Below are positions 11,861 through 23,814 of a DNA stretch of 64,000 bases, piece by piece (the stretch's first letter is position 1; every line of letters starts with the position of its first letter). The translations under genes and the position numbers were made by a program. The DNA comes from Squalus acanthias (Eukaryota). The notes below the pieces were generated by a model. The model saw nothing but the letters and a program-made list of their open reading frames with translations. It had not been told where the DNA came from and ran no database searches. Location: contig CM059453.1 of the NCBI GenBank assembly GCA_030390025.1, positions 6,138,001-6,202,000 on the forward strand, given 5' to 3'.

Positions 11861-14800
11861 TCCGACTTAGTCTCTGTGTGCCACTTTTCCAAGAAATTTC
11901 GTTCGTATGGACGACTTTGTTCAAAAATTTCACGGCTTTGCAGATGACCGTTTCCCACTCGGCTCGTGCTCCCCGTGTACTTTGTGCAGCATTTTGCACC
12001 TTTTCAGCGGGGAGGGTCACCCTGCTCCTGCCGACAGGCTCCCCGGTGCGCCACCGCTCTGGTTCTGGTACCGGCCGATGCCCCTTGCACTCGGCTTCAG
12101 CAAATGGCGCCCCCCAGCAGATCGGTGGCCGGCCTGCCGATTTAGCAGTCGGAAAGCGAACTGCAGCCTGACTGCCGTCACCAGGCCGGGCAAAGGCCCA
12201 GCTACACCGGGTCGGCACTGGTCTCTTCAGCCCCGCAAGTCCAGTCAGGCGCCGTTGACCCGGTGGGAATCCGAATTTCTGGCCAGAAGTTATACCCGAC
12301 GACGTGCCCGCTGACCGACGGCCCGGCAGGCGGCAGGCTATCCCGACAATTTCCCGAAAGGGCCCGGGGCCAGCGCAGCAGTATAGTGTACGCCAGCGCC
12401 GGGGCTTTCCAGCGAGCCATGTCCGACCGCAATCGTACACGCCAGTCCGGAACAGTGTCGCACCGACTCCGTTCATGTACCGCTGCATGCCCCTTGCTCC
12501 CGGCCTGCCCAGGCCACTCGGCCAACAAGGTCGGTGGCCGGCCCGCCGACTCAGCTGTCGGAAAGCGGTCTGCAGCCTGACTGCCGTCGCTCGGCCGGGC
12601 AGAGGCGCAGCTACACCGTGCTGGTGCTGGCTTCTGCAGCCCCGCTAGCCCATTCAGGCGGCGTTTACCCTGTCCGGAACCGACGTTCCTGCCCGAAGTT
12701 ATGACCAACGACGGCCCCGCACACCGACGGCACGGCAGGCGGCAGGCGATATCGACGCTTTCCCGAACTCGCCCGGGGTCCGCGCAGAAATATAGTGTGC
12801 GCCGGCGCCGTAGCCTTCCAACCAGTCATGCCCGACCGAAATCGGACAAGGCAGACCGGACTGGAAGCGTTTGACTCCGGCATTGATCATCTTTCTGCAT
12901 GTACCCCAACAACCGCCAAGTACAGAAATGACAAGTGTCAAGTCAGCGGCTCGAACGACCAACTCCGACCGATCAGGAGCGCCCAAAACCCGCAAATGGC
13001 AAGTTTTATTTTCTCCATCCAGACTTCCGATTGAATTCAAGATTTCCCGCCCGCCAACTCAGTTACATTGTTCTGAAAACTTGCCAGAAAATGCACATGA
13101 CCATTTGCCGGGAGTAATTCGTTCGCCAAGCGGGAAATCATTACCCGAAGCCCCGGTAACGCGGCCAAATCCGCAATAATTTTCCTTCGGATGGACGTCT
13201 TTGTTCAAAAATTTCACGGCTTTGCAGATGACCGTTTCCCACTCGGCTCGTGCTCCCCGTGTGGTTATTGCGTCATTTTCCACCTTTTCCACCGGGGTAT
13301 GGTCACCCTGCTATGTTTCGGCGACTGCCGACACGCTCCCCGGTGCGCCACTGCTCTCGTTCTGCTACCGGCCGTTGCCCCTTGCTTCCGCAAATGGCGC
13401 CCTTCAGCAGATCGGTGGCCGGCCCGCCGATTTAGCAGTCGGAAAGCGGTCTGCAGCCTGACTGCCGTCAGCAGGCCGGGCAAAGGCCCAGCTACACCGG
13501 GTCGGTACTGTTCTCTCAGCCCCGCAAGCCCATTCAGGCGCCGCTCACCCGGTGCGGACGCGACCTTCCGGCCTGAAGTTGTACCTGACGACGTGCACGC
13601 TGACCGACGGCCCGGCAGGCGGCAGGCGATTCCGACACTTTCCCGAACGGGCCCGGAGCCAGCGCAGGAATGTAGCGTGCGGAAGCGCCGGGGCTTTCCA
13701 ACGAGCCATGTTCGACCGAAATCGGACACGCCTGTCCGGAACGACGGCCGTTTGAGCGCCGCCCCGCCGACCGGGGCAAACGGTAATTGCACACGAAAAG
13801 CTGCAATGGCAGGATTCCACCACTGGAGGGCAACACTCATTCCCGTCATTTTAAACGGGAAAACACAGGCTGGACTCGGAGAGAGTGACACCCGGCTTCC
13901 CGGTGTCGCACCGACTCCGTTCCGGTACCGCTGCATGCCCCTTGCCCCCGGCCTGCCCAGGCCGCTCGGCTACCAAGATCGGTGGCCGGCCCGCCGACTC
14001 AGCTGTCGGAAAGCGGTCTGCAGCCTGACTGCCGTCGCTCGACCGGGCAAAGACGCAGCTACACCGGGCTGGTGCTGGCCTCTGCAGCTCCGCAAGGACA
14101 TTCAGGCGGCGTTTACCCTGTCCGGATCCGACGTTCCTGCCCGATGTTATGACCAACGACGTGCCAGCACACCGACTGCCCGGCAGGCGGCAGGCGATTT
14201 CGACGCTTTCCCGAATTCGCCCGGGGCCAGCGCAGCAATATAATGTGCGCCGGCGCCTTCCAACAGTCATGCCCGACCGAAATCGGACACGGCAGACCGG
14301 AACCGGAGGTATTTGACTCCGGCGTTGATCACCTTTCTGCAGGTACCCCAACATCCGCCAATTACAGAAATGACAGGTGTCAAGTCAGCGGCTCGAACGA
14401 CCAACTCCGTCCGACCAGGAGCGCACAAATCCCCGCAAATGGCCAGTTTTATTTTCTCCATCCAGACTTCCGATTGAATTCAAGATTTCCCGCCCGCCAA
14501 CTCATTAACCAGTGTTCTGAAAACTTGCCAGAAAATGCACATGACCATTTGCCGGGAGTTATTCGTTTCGCCAAGCGGGAAATCATTAATCGAAGCCACG
14601 GTAACGGGGCCAAATCCGATCCCTTCGGACCTCCGGTACAAATTTGAACGGCCATATCTCCGGACTCCGGCCTCGGAGACAAGCGGTTTGGCCACCGTTA
14701 GACGCGGCTTTCCGTGACCAGTCGAACGCTGCCCGGTACGGCGGACAGGGAAAAAAAAAGTTTTTTGGGGCCGATTTCGAGTAAATAAATTCCGGCCTGA

Positions 14801-17746
14801 GATCGGGTCTCTCGTCCTCAAACGGTTCGAACACGGTCCCTTACGCAGGGGAGCCGAATTTCCGGCCTCTGCCGGGTGTCAGATTGCCGTTTATTAAGCC
14901 CGACCAAAAACCCGAAAAATGGGCAAAAATGGCGAAAACAAATTCCACCCGAAAAGGCTTAAATGTCGGACGGACGGCAGTGCGGGTCGGTCTCTGCAGT
15001 CCATTTGTCCCTTTGGACATTTGCATAACTATTTTCCCATTGACTTTTGGTTATCCATTTGTCACTTTCCGATACCGTGCCCGCTTACCGACGGCCCGGC
15101 AGGCAGCGCAGGATTCCGACACTTTCCCGAACTCGCCCGGAGCCAGCGCAGCAATATAGTGTGCGCCGGGGCGTTCCAACGAGCTGTGCCTGACCGAAAT
15201 CGGACACAGCAGTCTGGAACCGGAGGCGTTTGACTGCGGCATTGATCACCTTTCTGCAGGTACCCCGCCAACCCCTGAGTACAGAAATGACAAGTGTCAA
15301 ATCAGCGGGTCGAACGACCAACTCCGTCCGACCAGGAGCACCAAATCGCCGCAAATGGCCAGTTTTCATTTGTCCATCGCGGCTTCCGATTGAATTCATG
15401 ATTTCCAACTCAGTAACCAGTGTTCTGAAAACTTGCCAGAAAATGCATATGACCATTTCCCGGGAGCAATTCGCTTCGCCAAGCGGGAAATCATTACCGG
15501 AAGCCCCGGTGAGGCGCCCAAATCCGATCCCTTCGGACCTCTGGTAGAACTTTGAACGGCCATATCTCCGGACTCCGGCGTCGGAGCAAAGCCGGTTTGC
15601 CACCGTTAGACGCGGCTTCCCGTGCCCAGTCGAACGCCGCCCGGCACGGCGGTCAGGGAAAAATAAAAATTTTTTGGCCGATTTCTGAAAAAAAAATTCC
15701 GGCCTGAAATCGGGTCTCTCGGCCTCAAACGTTTCCAATACGGTCCGTTACGCAGGGGAGCCGAATCCACGGCCTCTGCCGGGTGTCAGATTGCCATTTT
15801 TTAAGCCCGACAAAAAACAGAAAAATGGGCAAAAATGCGAAAAAATGTCCGCCTAAAAAGAGTATAGAATGTCGTCCCTTTGACATTTGGTTCACCATGT
15901 GTCACTTTTCAAAATCAGTTAATGAGTTCCCACTTGTGATACATTGGTTAACTATTTGACCCATTGACTTTAGATTAACCATTTGTAATTTTCCGACTTA
16001 GTCTCTGTGTGCCACTTTTGCAAGAATTTTCGTTCGTATGGACGACTTTGTTCAAAGATTTCACGGCTTTGGAGATGGCCGTTTCCCACTCGGCTCGTGT
16101 GTTTTTTGCGGCATTTTACACCTTTTCCAGCGGCGGTGCTCACCCTCCCCAGTTTCGGCGACTAGCGACACGCTCCCCGGTGGGCCACCGCTCTGGTTCT
16201 GGAACCCCCGATGCCCCTTGCCCTCGGCTTCCGCAAATGGCGCCCCCCAGCAGATCGGTAGCCGGCCCACCGATTTAGCAGTCGGAAAGCGGTCTGCAGG
16301 CTGACTTCCGTCACCCGGCCGGGCAAAGGCGCAGCTACACTGGGTCGATACTGCTCCCTTCCGCCCCCCAAGCCCATTCAGGCGCCGTTGACCGGATGAG
16401 GATCCGGCTTTCCAGCCCGAAGTTATACTCGATACCCGGCCCGCTGACCGACGGCCCGGCAGGCGGCACGGGATGCCGACACTTTCCCGATCTCGCCCGG
16501 AGCCAGGGCAGTAATATAGTGTGCGCTAGCACCCGTGCTTTCCAACGAGCCATGTCGGACCGAAATTGGACAAGCCAGTCCGGAACGTTAGGCGTTTGAC
16601 TGTGCCCCGCCGACCGGGGCAAACGGTGATTGTATACGAAAACTGCAACGGCAGGATTCCAACTCCAGAGGGCAGCACTCATTCCCGTCGTTTTAAACCG
16701 GAAAACCCCGGCTCGCTTTTGGAGCGGTCGGCACCCGGTTTCCCGGTGTCGCACCGACAACGTTCCACTACCGATGGATGCCCCTTGCCTCTGGCCTGCC
16801 TAGGCTGCTCGGCCACCAAGGTCGGTCGCCGGCCCGTCGACTCAGCTGTCGGAAAGCGGTCTGCAGCCTGACTGCCGTCACTCGGCCGGGCAAAGGCGCA
16901 GCTACACCAGGCTGCTGCTGGCCTTTGCAGCCCCGCAAGCCCATTCAGGCGCCCTTTACCCGGTCCGGATCCAACATTCCCGCCCGAGGTTATTCTCGAT
17001 ACCCGGCCAGCTGACCGACGGCCCTGCAGGCGGCACGGGATTGCGACACTTTCCCCAACTCGCCCGGGGCCACCGCAGCAATATAGTGTGGGTCGGCGCC
17101 GTGGCGTTCCAACCAGCCATCCCCGACCAAAATCGGACAGGGGAGTCGGCAACGTAAGGAGTTTGACTGCCGCCCAGCCAAACCGGGGCAAATGTATAAC
17201 TGAAAACTAAAAGTCTTGCACCGCCAGAGGGCAGCACTCAATCTCGTCGTTTTAAACGGGACAATTCCAGGAAAGCTTCGGAGCGGTTGGTACCCGGCTT
17301 CCCGGTGTCGCACCGACACCGTTCCTGTACCGCTGGATGCTCCTTGCGCCCGGCCTGCCCAGGCCGCTCGGCCACCCAGGTCGGTGGCCGGCCCGCTGAC
17401 TCAGCTGTCGGAAAGCGGTCTGCAGCCTGACTGCCGTCGCTCGGCCGGGCAAAGAGCCAGCTACACCAGGCTGGTGCTAGACTGTGCAGCCCCGGAAGCC
17501 CATTTATGCGCCCTTGACCCGGATTGGATCCGGCATTCCTGCCCGAAGTAAGACCACATAACCGGCCCGCTGACCGACGGCCCGGCAGGCGGCACGGCAT
17601 TCCCATACGTTCCCCAACTAGCCCGGAGCCAGTGCAGAAATATGGTGTGCGCCATCGCCCGCGCTTTCCAACCAGCCGACCCCGACCCAAATCGGACATG
17701 GGGTTCGGGAAGAAAACCCATTTGACTGCGGCCCTGCAAACCGGGG
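11860..17746. repeat. GC-rich subrepeat array (~410-570 bp units); probable rDNA intergenic spacer
   Basis: The core GTCGGAAAGCG..CTGCAG.CTGACT.CCGTC recurs near 12150, 12560, 13440, 14005, 16280, 16850 and 17410. The cassette from 8820 recurs at ~13055, 14497 and 15407. Contiguous with the 28S 3' end. Confidence 0.8.
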
Positions 17747-18288
17747 TGTTGGGGAGAAAATAAGATTCTCAGAGTCTGTGTAAAGTCCAAAAACACATAG
17801 TTTATTGACAAAGTACTTTGGGAGCAGGAGCCAAAAGGTCCCGTGACCTTTGTAACATCCTTCTCGTTTAACCTTTCTTCAGTACAGCTTATATTCAATA
17901 TTTCTGGCGACATGCCATCATACATCGATTTTTGTCCAATTATATGGTATTACATTAATCACCTGATTATATTTTGCCTTTATCTATATTTATTTGTCAA
18001 CAATCATAAAAGCAGTTACATCTTGTTATGCCTTTTTGAGCATGGTCTAATCCCACAGTTTACTACTGTATGTTATCTGTGATTGGCACCGTGCCTACGG
18101 TCTCTAGCTAACTTTGTAAAAGGCCTCTTTCAATACCGTTTATTAAACACCGAACCCTCCCTCAAAAATCTGTCTAGCAGCTGTAATTATATCTATTCCT
18201 CATCTCGTTTTGCAAAACCTTCACTGCACATGGTTTTATTGCAAATTGTGTAGAAATTGAATTTGACCATTTCAAATTAACTCTTTCA
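17747..18288 (-). mobile_element. Solo LTR (542 bp) with 5-bp TSD CGGGG
   Basis: Minus-strand ends TGAAAGAG...CTCCCCAACA, with TATAAG then AATAAA near the 3' end. CGGGG lies at 17742-17746 and 18289-18293, interrupting the spacer motif CCGGGGCAAA. Confidence 0.85.
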
Positions 18289-18379
18289 CGGGGCAAATGG
18301 TTAATTGGACATGCTTCAACCACGCTTTCTACTCATTTCGGGCGCTTTAAACAAGCCGACCACGCTCACTTCCGAGCAG

Positions 18380-18910
18380 CGGCAAAGAGTACAGCTTTCC
18401 ACCGCTCATTCGGCCGACCAAGCGCGCTTCCGAGGTGCAGACGCTAACTACAAATACTCCAGCCCAGCTTTCCACCGCTCAGACAGTCATTCGGACGACC
18501 AAGCGCGCTTCCGAGGAGCAAACGCTTAACTGCCAATACTCCAGCCCAGCTTTCCACTGCTAACACTAAACCTGGCCCATCAAGCTCGCTGCCGAAAACG
18601 GACACCCGTTTCCCCCTTCGCCCTCGCAGGAAACGCTGAACTGCAAATACTCCAGCCCAGCTTTCCACCGCTGACACTAAATCTGGCCGATCAAGCACTG
18701 CAAATACTCCATCCCAGCTTTGCACCGCTGATACTAAACATGGCCGATTAAGCTCGATTCCGAAAACGGACACCCGGCTTCCCTCTTCGCCCTCGCAGCA
18801 AACACTTACCTGCAAATACTCCAGCCCAGCTTTGCACCGCTGACGCTAAACCTGGCCGATTAAGCTCGCTTCCCAAAACCGACACCCTGCTTCCCCCTTC
18901 GCCCTCAAAA
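18380..18910. repeat. Spacer subrepeats (CTGCAAATACTCCAGCCCAGCTTTCCACCGCTGACACTAAACCTGGCC)
   Basis: Five or more imperfect direct copies. Confidence 0.85.
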
Positions 18911-18949
18911 TCACCCTCCGTCAGCCACATCGACAAAAACAAAAAAAAC

Positions 18950-19445
18950 AAGACCGAAATAACACCCTCCATCCCGGCTACGCCCGGCTATGCAACCCCT
19001 TAGCGCGTATTAAGCCTGACAACACTAATTGGAACCAACCGCAGCCGCAAGTTAAAGTGGCAACTAATAAACCAACTTGTTTTTTGTCAGCAACTCATAA
19101 ACCAACGTCTTTCTCTGTAACTCATAAACCAACTTCTTTGTCAGCAACTCATTAACCAACTTCTTTACTAGCAAATCAATAACCAACTTTTTTGTCAGCA
19201 ACTCAGTAACCAATTTCGGTGAAGGCAACTCAGAAACAACACCGACATAACTCCCTCCATCCCGGCTACGCTCGGCTATGCACCACCTTAGCGCGTATTA
19301 AGCCCGACAACACTAATTGTAACCAACCGCAGCCGCAAGTTGAAGTGGCAACTAATAAACCAAGTTGTTTTTTTGCCAGCAACTCATAAACCAACTTCTT
19401 TCTAAGCAAATCATTAACCAATTTCATGTTTGGCAATTCAGTGGT
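18950..19445. repeat. ~290-bp duplicated unit with clustered GCAACTCA(T/G)(A/T)AACC boxes downstream of 28S
   Basis: CCCTCCATCCCGGCTACG...AGCGCGTATTAAGCC at ~18964 and ~19253. Confidence 0.8.
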
Positions 19446-19950
19446 TAATGATTTATCTGATGCTACACTTCACCGCACGTATTTAATAGGTAGCACCTGC
19501 CTGCCCAGCGCGAGTGAGTGAGTCCCGGCTGCAGTCTGTGAGCTGCACTATGTGAGTGTGACAAATGATTTACCGGAGGTCCTGCCAGTGGCGGAGGGAG
19601 AGAAATCATTAACCAAAAGTACTTTTGGTAGGAAAGGAGAGGGAGAGAGAGGAAGAATACCTAAAGTCGAAAACCTGGCCAAGGTGACGCGACCCAAGTA
19701 CCACCCTGGCCTTAGTCGAATAAAGCGGACCATGCGAAGTCCTCGAACTGCAACTGGCCAGGAAGCAGAAGAGGCTTTCGCAAGGAACGTGCTTGTCTCC
19801 GAAGAAGGACACGGTGTGTTCCCGTCGAGAGGAGGTGGCAGAGACTTCGGGCAAGGAGCTCCACGGTCCACCTCCACTCTCTCCCCCCACGGCGAGCATC
19901 CTCCCGGCGAGGAGCGTCCCGGTGGAGAGGAAAGTGTTGCACACGGTAGC

Positions 19951-20401
19951 GACAAACGTTTGGCTCGAGGGCTGACTTTCAATAGATCGCACCGAGATAG
20001 CTGCTCTGCTACGTACGAAACCCTGAGACAGAATCAGGTCGTCTACGAATAATTTAACAACAGGTCCCCCACGAACATGCTATGCGTAAACAGGAGAGAG
20101 GCGGCACCCATCCGTCCGCACTCCAGCCCCGAAACGAGCGGCACTACACACCGATCGGAGTCGGCTATCCCAGGCCAACTAGTGATCCGCGGCGCTACGG
20201 TATNNNNNNNNNNNNNNNNNNNNNNNNNNNNNNNNNNNNNNNNNNNNNNNNNNNNNNNNNNNNNNNNNNNNNNNNNNNNNNNNNNNNNNNNNNNNNNNNN
20301 NNNNNNNNNNNNNNNNNNNNNNNNNNNNNNNNNNNNNNNNNNNNNNNNNNNNNNNNNATCATCAGTAGGGTAAAAATAACCTGTCTCACGACGGTCTAAA
20401 C
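19951..20401 (-). rRNA. 28S rRNA 3'-terminal segment (degenerate, displaced copy)
   Basis: The minus strand reads ...GCGATCTATTGAAAGTCAGCCCTCGAGCCAAACGTTTGTC (28S 3' end) and GTTTAGACCGTCGTGAGACAGG (peptidyl-transferase region). The 154-nt N-run matches the expected intervening length. Confidence 0.95.
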
Positions 20402-21593
20402 GGACAAGTCCTAGCGAATCATCACAGCCAAGGAAGGTGGCGAATTCTATGCGCTAAGCAGACCAGGTAAATTTTGCGAATACGGGCGGCCAAGGACAGG
20501 TCTACCAAGCGTGGAAGTCACCATAAGAGGTTCCAGTGAAACTGAGTTATGTCGTGAATTTTAACAGTTAATCACCCGATCATCATTTGATGTGACTAGC
20601 TTCATTATAATAGACACTCATAATTATAATACATTCAATACATCAATGGTTAACAGGCAAAATAACCAGTAACAACAATAACAACAATTTACAAGCACAC
20701 CCCCGTGTGGAATCCGACCTGGTTCCATACCCACATTTGGGGCTCTGGTAGTTATATCTCGGACAGTCATTGGATAGTGCAGGGCTCTTCCACCGTTTCA
20801 AGAGTTGCTTCTCCTGTGTCCTTTAAGACATCATCATCTGTTGGTGAATCTTCTCAAGGCCCCTGGTCCCTTGGAATAGCGGTGTCTTCCTATCCAGGTA
20901 ACCCGAATTGATAAACCTCGGCTGGTAGCGTACAAATCGTCAATGCTCTCGCCTATTCTTGGGTCTTGATTGGCAGAGTCTTTTTCTTGTCAGCCTCTTA
21001 GGAGCGAGTCTGACAAAGGCTCTTAACTGAGGCCTCGTCTCAGTTTGAAACCCCGCGGGGTATCAAAAGTTCGTTTTCTTTGTTCAGTCCGCTCCTACGG
21101 GAAGGAAAGTTCGCCGCCGATCATTTGAGTTACTAAGGTGTCGGTTTGGCAACACCGATGTGTCGCCGGCAGGACAACGTAATGGTACGACCCGCCATGG
21201 CTCACCACTCAAAAGAAGCCACAGCTACTTGTAACACCGGCTCCCCAGCATTGAGACGGAAGACTTACACACCTGAGCTGCTCAAGGCCCTGCGGTAACT
21301 CTCAAGCGGTTGAGGAGGTTTGCATACTATTTGTGGAGTTACTCGGCCAGTCGTTTTGCCACCGAAGTGTGGCCCAGCGGGACCACGTGGAGGTACGACT
21401 CACTGTGATATAGAACTCCGAAGATTGTCACAGCTACGTTGTAACCCTAAACTCAACTCATGGGAGCCTAAGAGAGTCCTCAACTCAATAGAACCCCAAG
21501 CGGACACTCACCTCAATAGATCCTTGAGGGAGGCCTACGCCTGGAAGAACCGTGAGAGAGTCCCCAACCTAAGCCGCTCGAGGTAGCAGTTGC
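20402..21593 (-). mobile_element. Non-autonomous, internally deleted R2-type non-LTR retroelement (SIDE-like) inside 28S
   Basis: Non-rRNA sequence between 28S segments, in the same orientation as 28S, with its 5' end next to the masked segment containing the R2 target. It has an HDV-like ribozyme core, decayed RTFDTPRGF and YATSRGLSI finger-like motifs, a RTQEKQLLKR Myb-like motif, an AT-rich 3'UTR-like region, and no RT. Confidence 0.8.
21349..21401 (-). ncRNA. HDV-like self-cleaving ribozyme core (R2 type)
   Basis: AGTCGT(P2)-ACC(P3)-TCCACGT(L3)-GGT(P3')-CCCGCT(P1')-GG(J1/4)-G-CCAC-ACTTCG-GTGG(P4)-CAAA(J4/2, catalytic C)-ACGACT(P2'). P1' can pair with the 28S GGCGGG upstream of the R2 site (masked here). 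Confidence 0.85.
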
Positions 21594-22995
<1,402 letters not shown>

Positions 22996-23275
22996 TGGGT
23001 CCAGCCTACATGTGACTCCCGAACCACAGCAATGTGATTGACTCTTAGCTGCCCTCTGAAATGGCCTAACAAGCCAATTAATTATGGGAAGTTAGGCATG
23101 GGCAATAAATACTGGCCTTGCAAGCGACCCCCACATCCCGTGACTGAATAAAATATATATATATTGCAACTGTTGAAGAAGGCGGCCCACCACCACCTTC
23201 TCAAGGGAAACTAGGGATGGGCAATAATTGCCGGCTTTGCCAGCCATGCCCACAGCAGAGAGCTATTTAAAAAAT
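22996..23275 (+). mobile_element. SINE 3' half plus a duplicated LINE-derived tail
   Basis: CCTACATGTGACTCC..CTGCCCTCTGAAATGGCCTA followed by two GGGCAATAA..GCTTTGC/CCTTGC..CCCACA tails shared with 7178-7270. Confidence 0.75.
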
Positions 23276-23814
23276 GTCCCTGCGTTTTCCCAAGTCCAAT
23301 TTTCCAATTATGCCCCCCTTCTGAACATCTTGTTTCTTGTTGAAATGTGATTCTCGCCGGTAGCTCTCAAATGATGAGATCTTAGCTTGCAAGCATCAAA
23401 GCGAGTGTCGGCGGGATTTTAGACAGGAGCGGGTGCCCTGACTGACCTTGAAGTGCCTAACCCAGTTTAGCTAGACGGCGAACAGACTAATTGCTTAATT
23501 GGTTCTTGGTTTTACAGAATTTTGGACAATCTATAATCTTAATTAAATTGCAGTTTATTGTAACTTGTCTGATTCATCCTGCAGCCCGGGGTTTTGCTTG
23601 TTCCATGTTACGTGAGAATGAAGGATTTTCAATCCAACAGCGCCACACAGTGCCAGCTCGACAGCATTGCACAGGCGATCGGTCAGTGTGTCAGACACAT
23701 TTGAGTCCAACAGAGGCAGACATCCCGTATCTTGCGTAGATATAGTCTCAGTTAACCTCACCTACCCCAACATAGACGTCTATAATGTGTACAGGTGTTT
23801 TGAACGAAACAGAT

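Noticed and set aside
11844-17925. Many long overlapping ORFs (up to 350 aa)
   Set aside because: GC-rich repeats open in several frames on both strands, with no domain motifs.
19552-20052. 166-aa ORF
   Set aside because: Antisense to the 28S 3' end and 3'ETS.
20402-21593. Group I intron in the LSU rRNA
   Set aside because: The 28S does not resume at the adjacent base (about 0.7 kb is missing), I found no group I core, and the HDV-like/R2 features explain the insert better.
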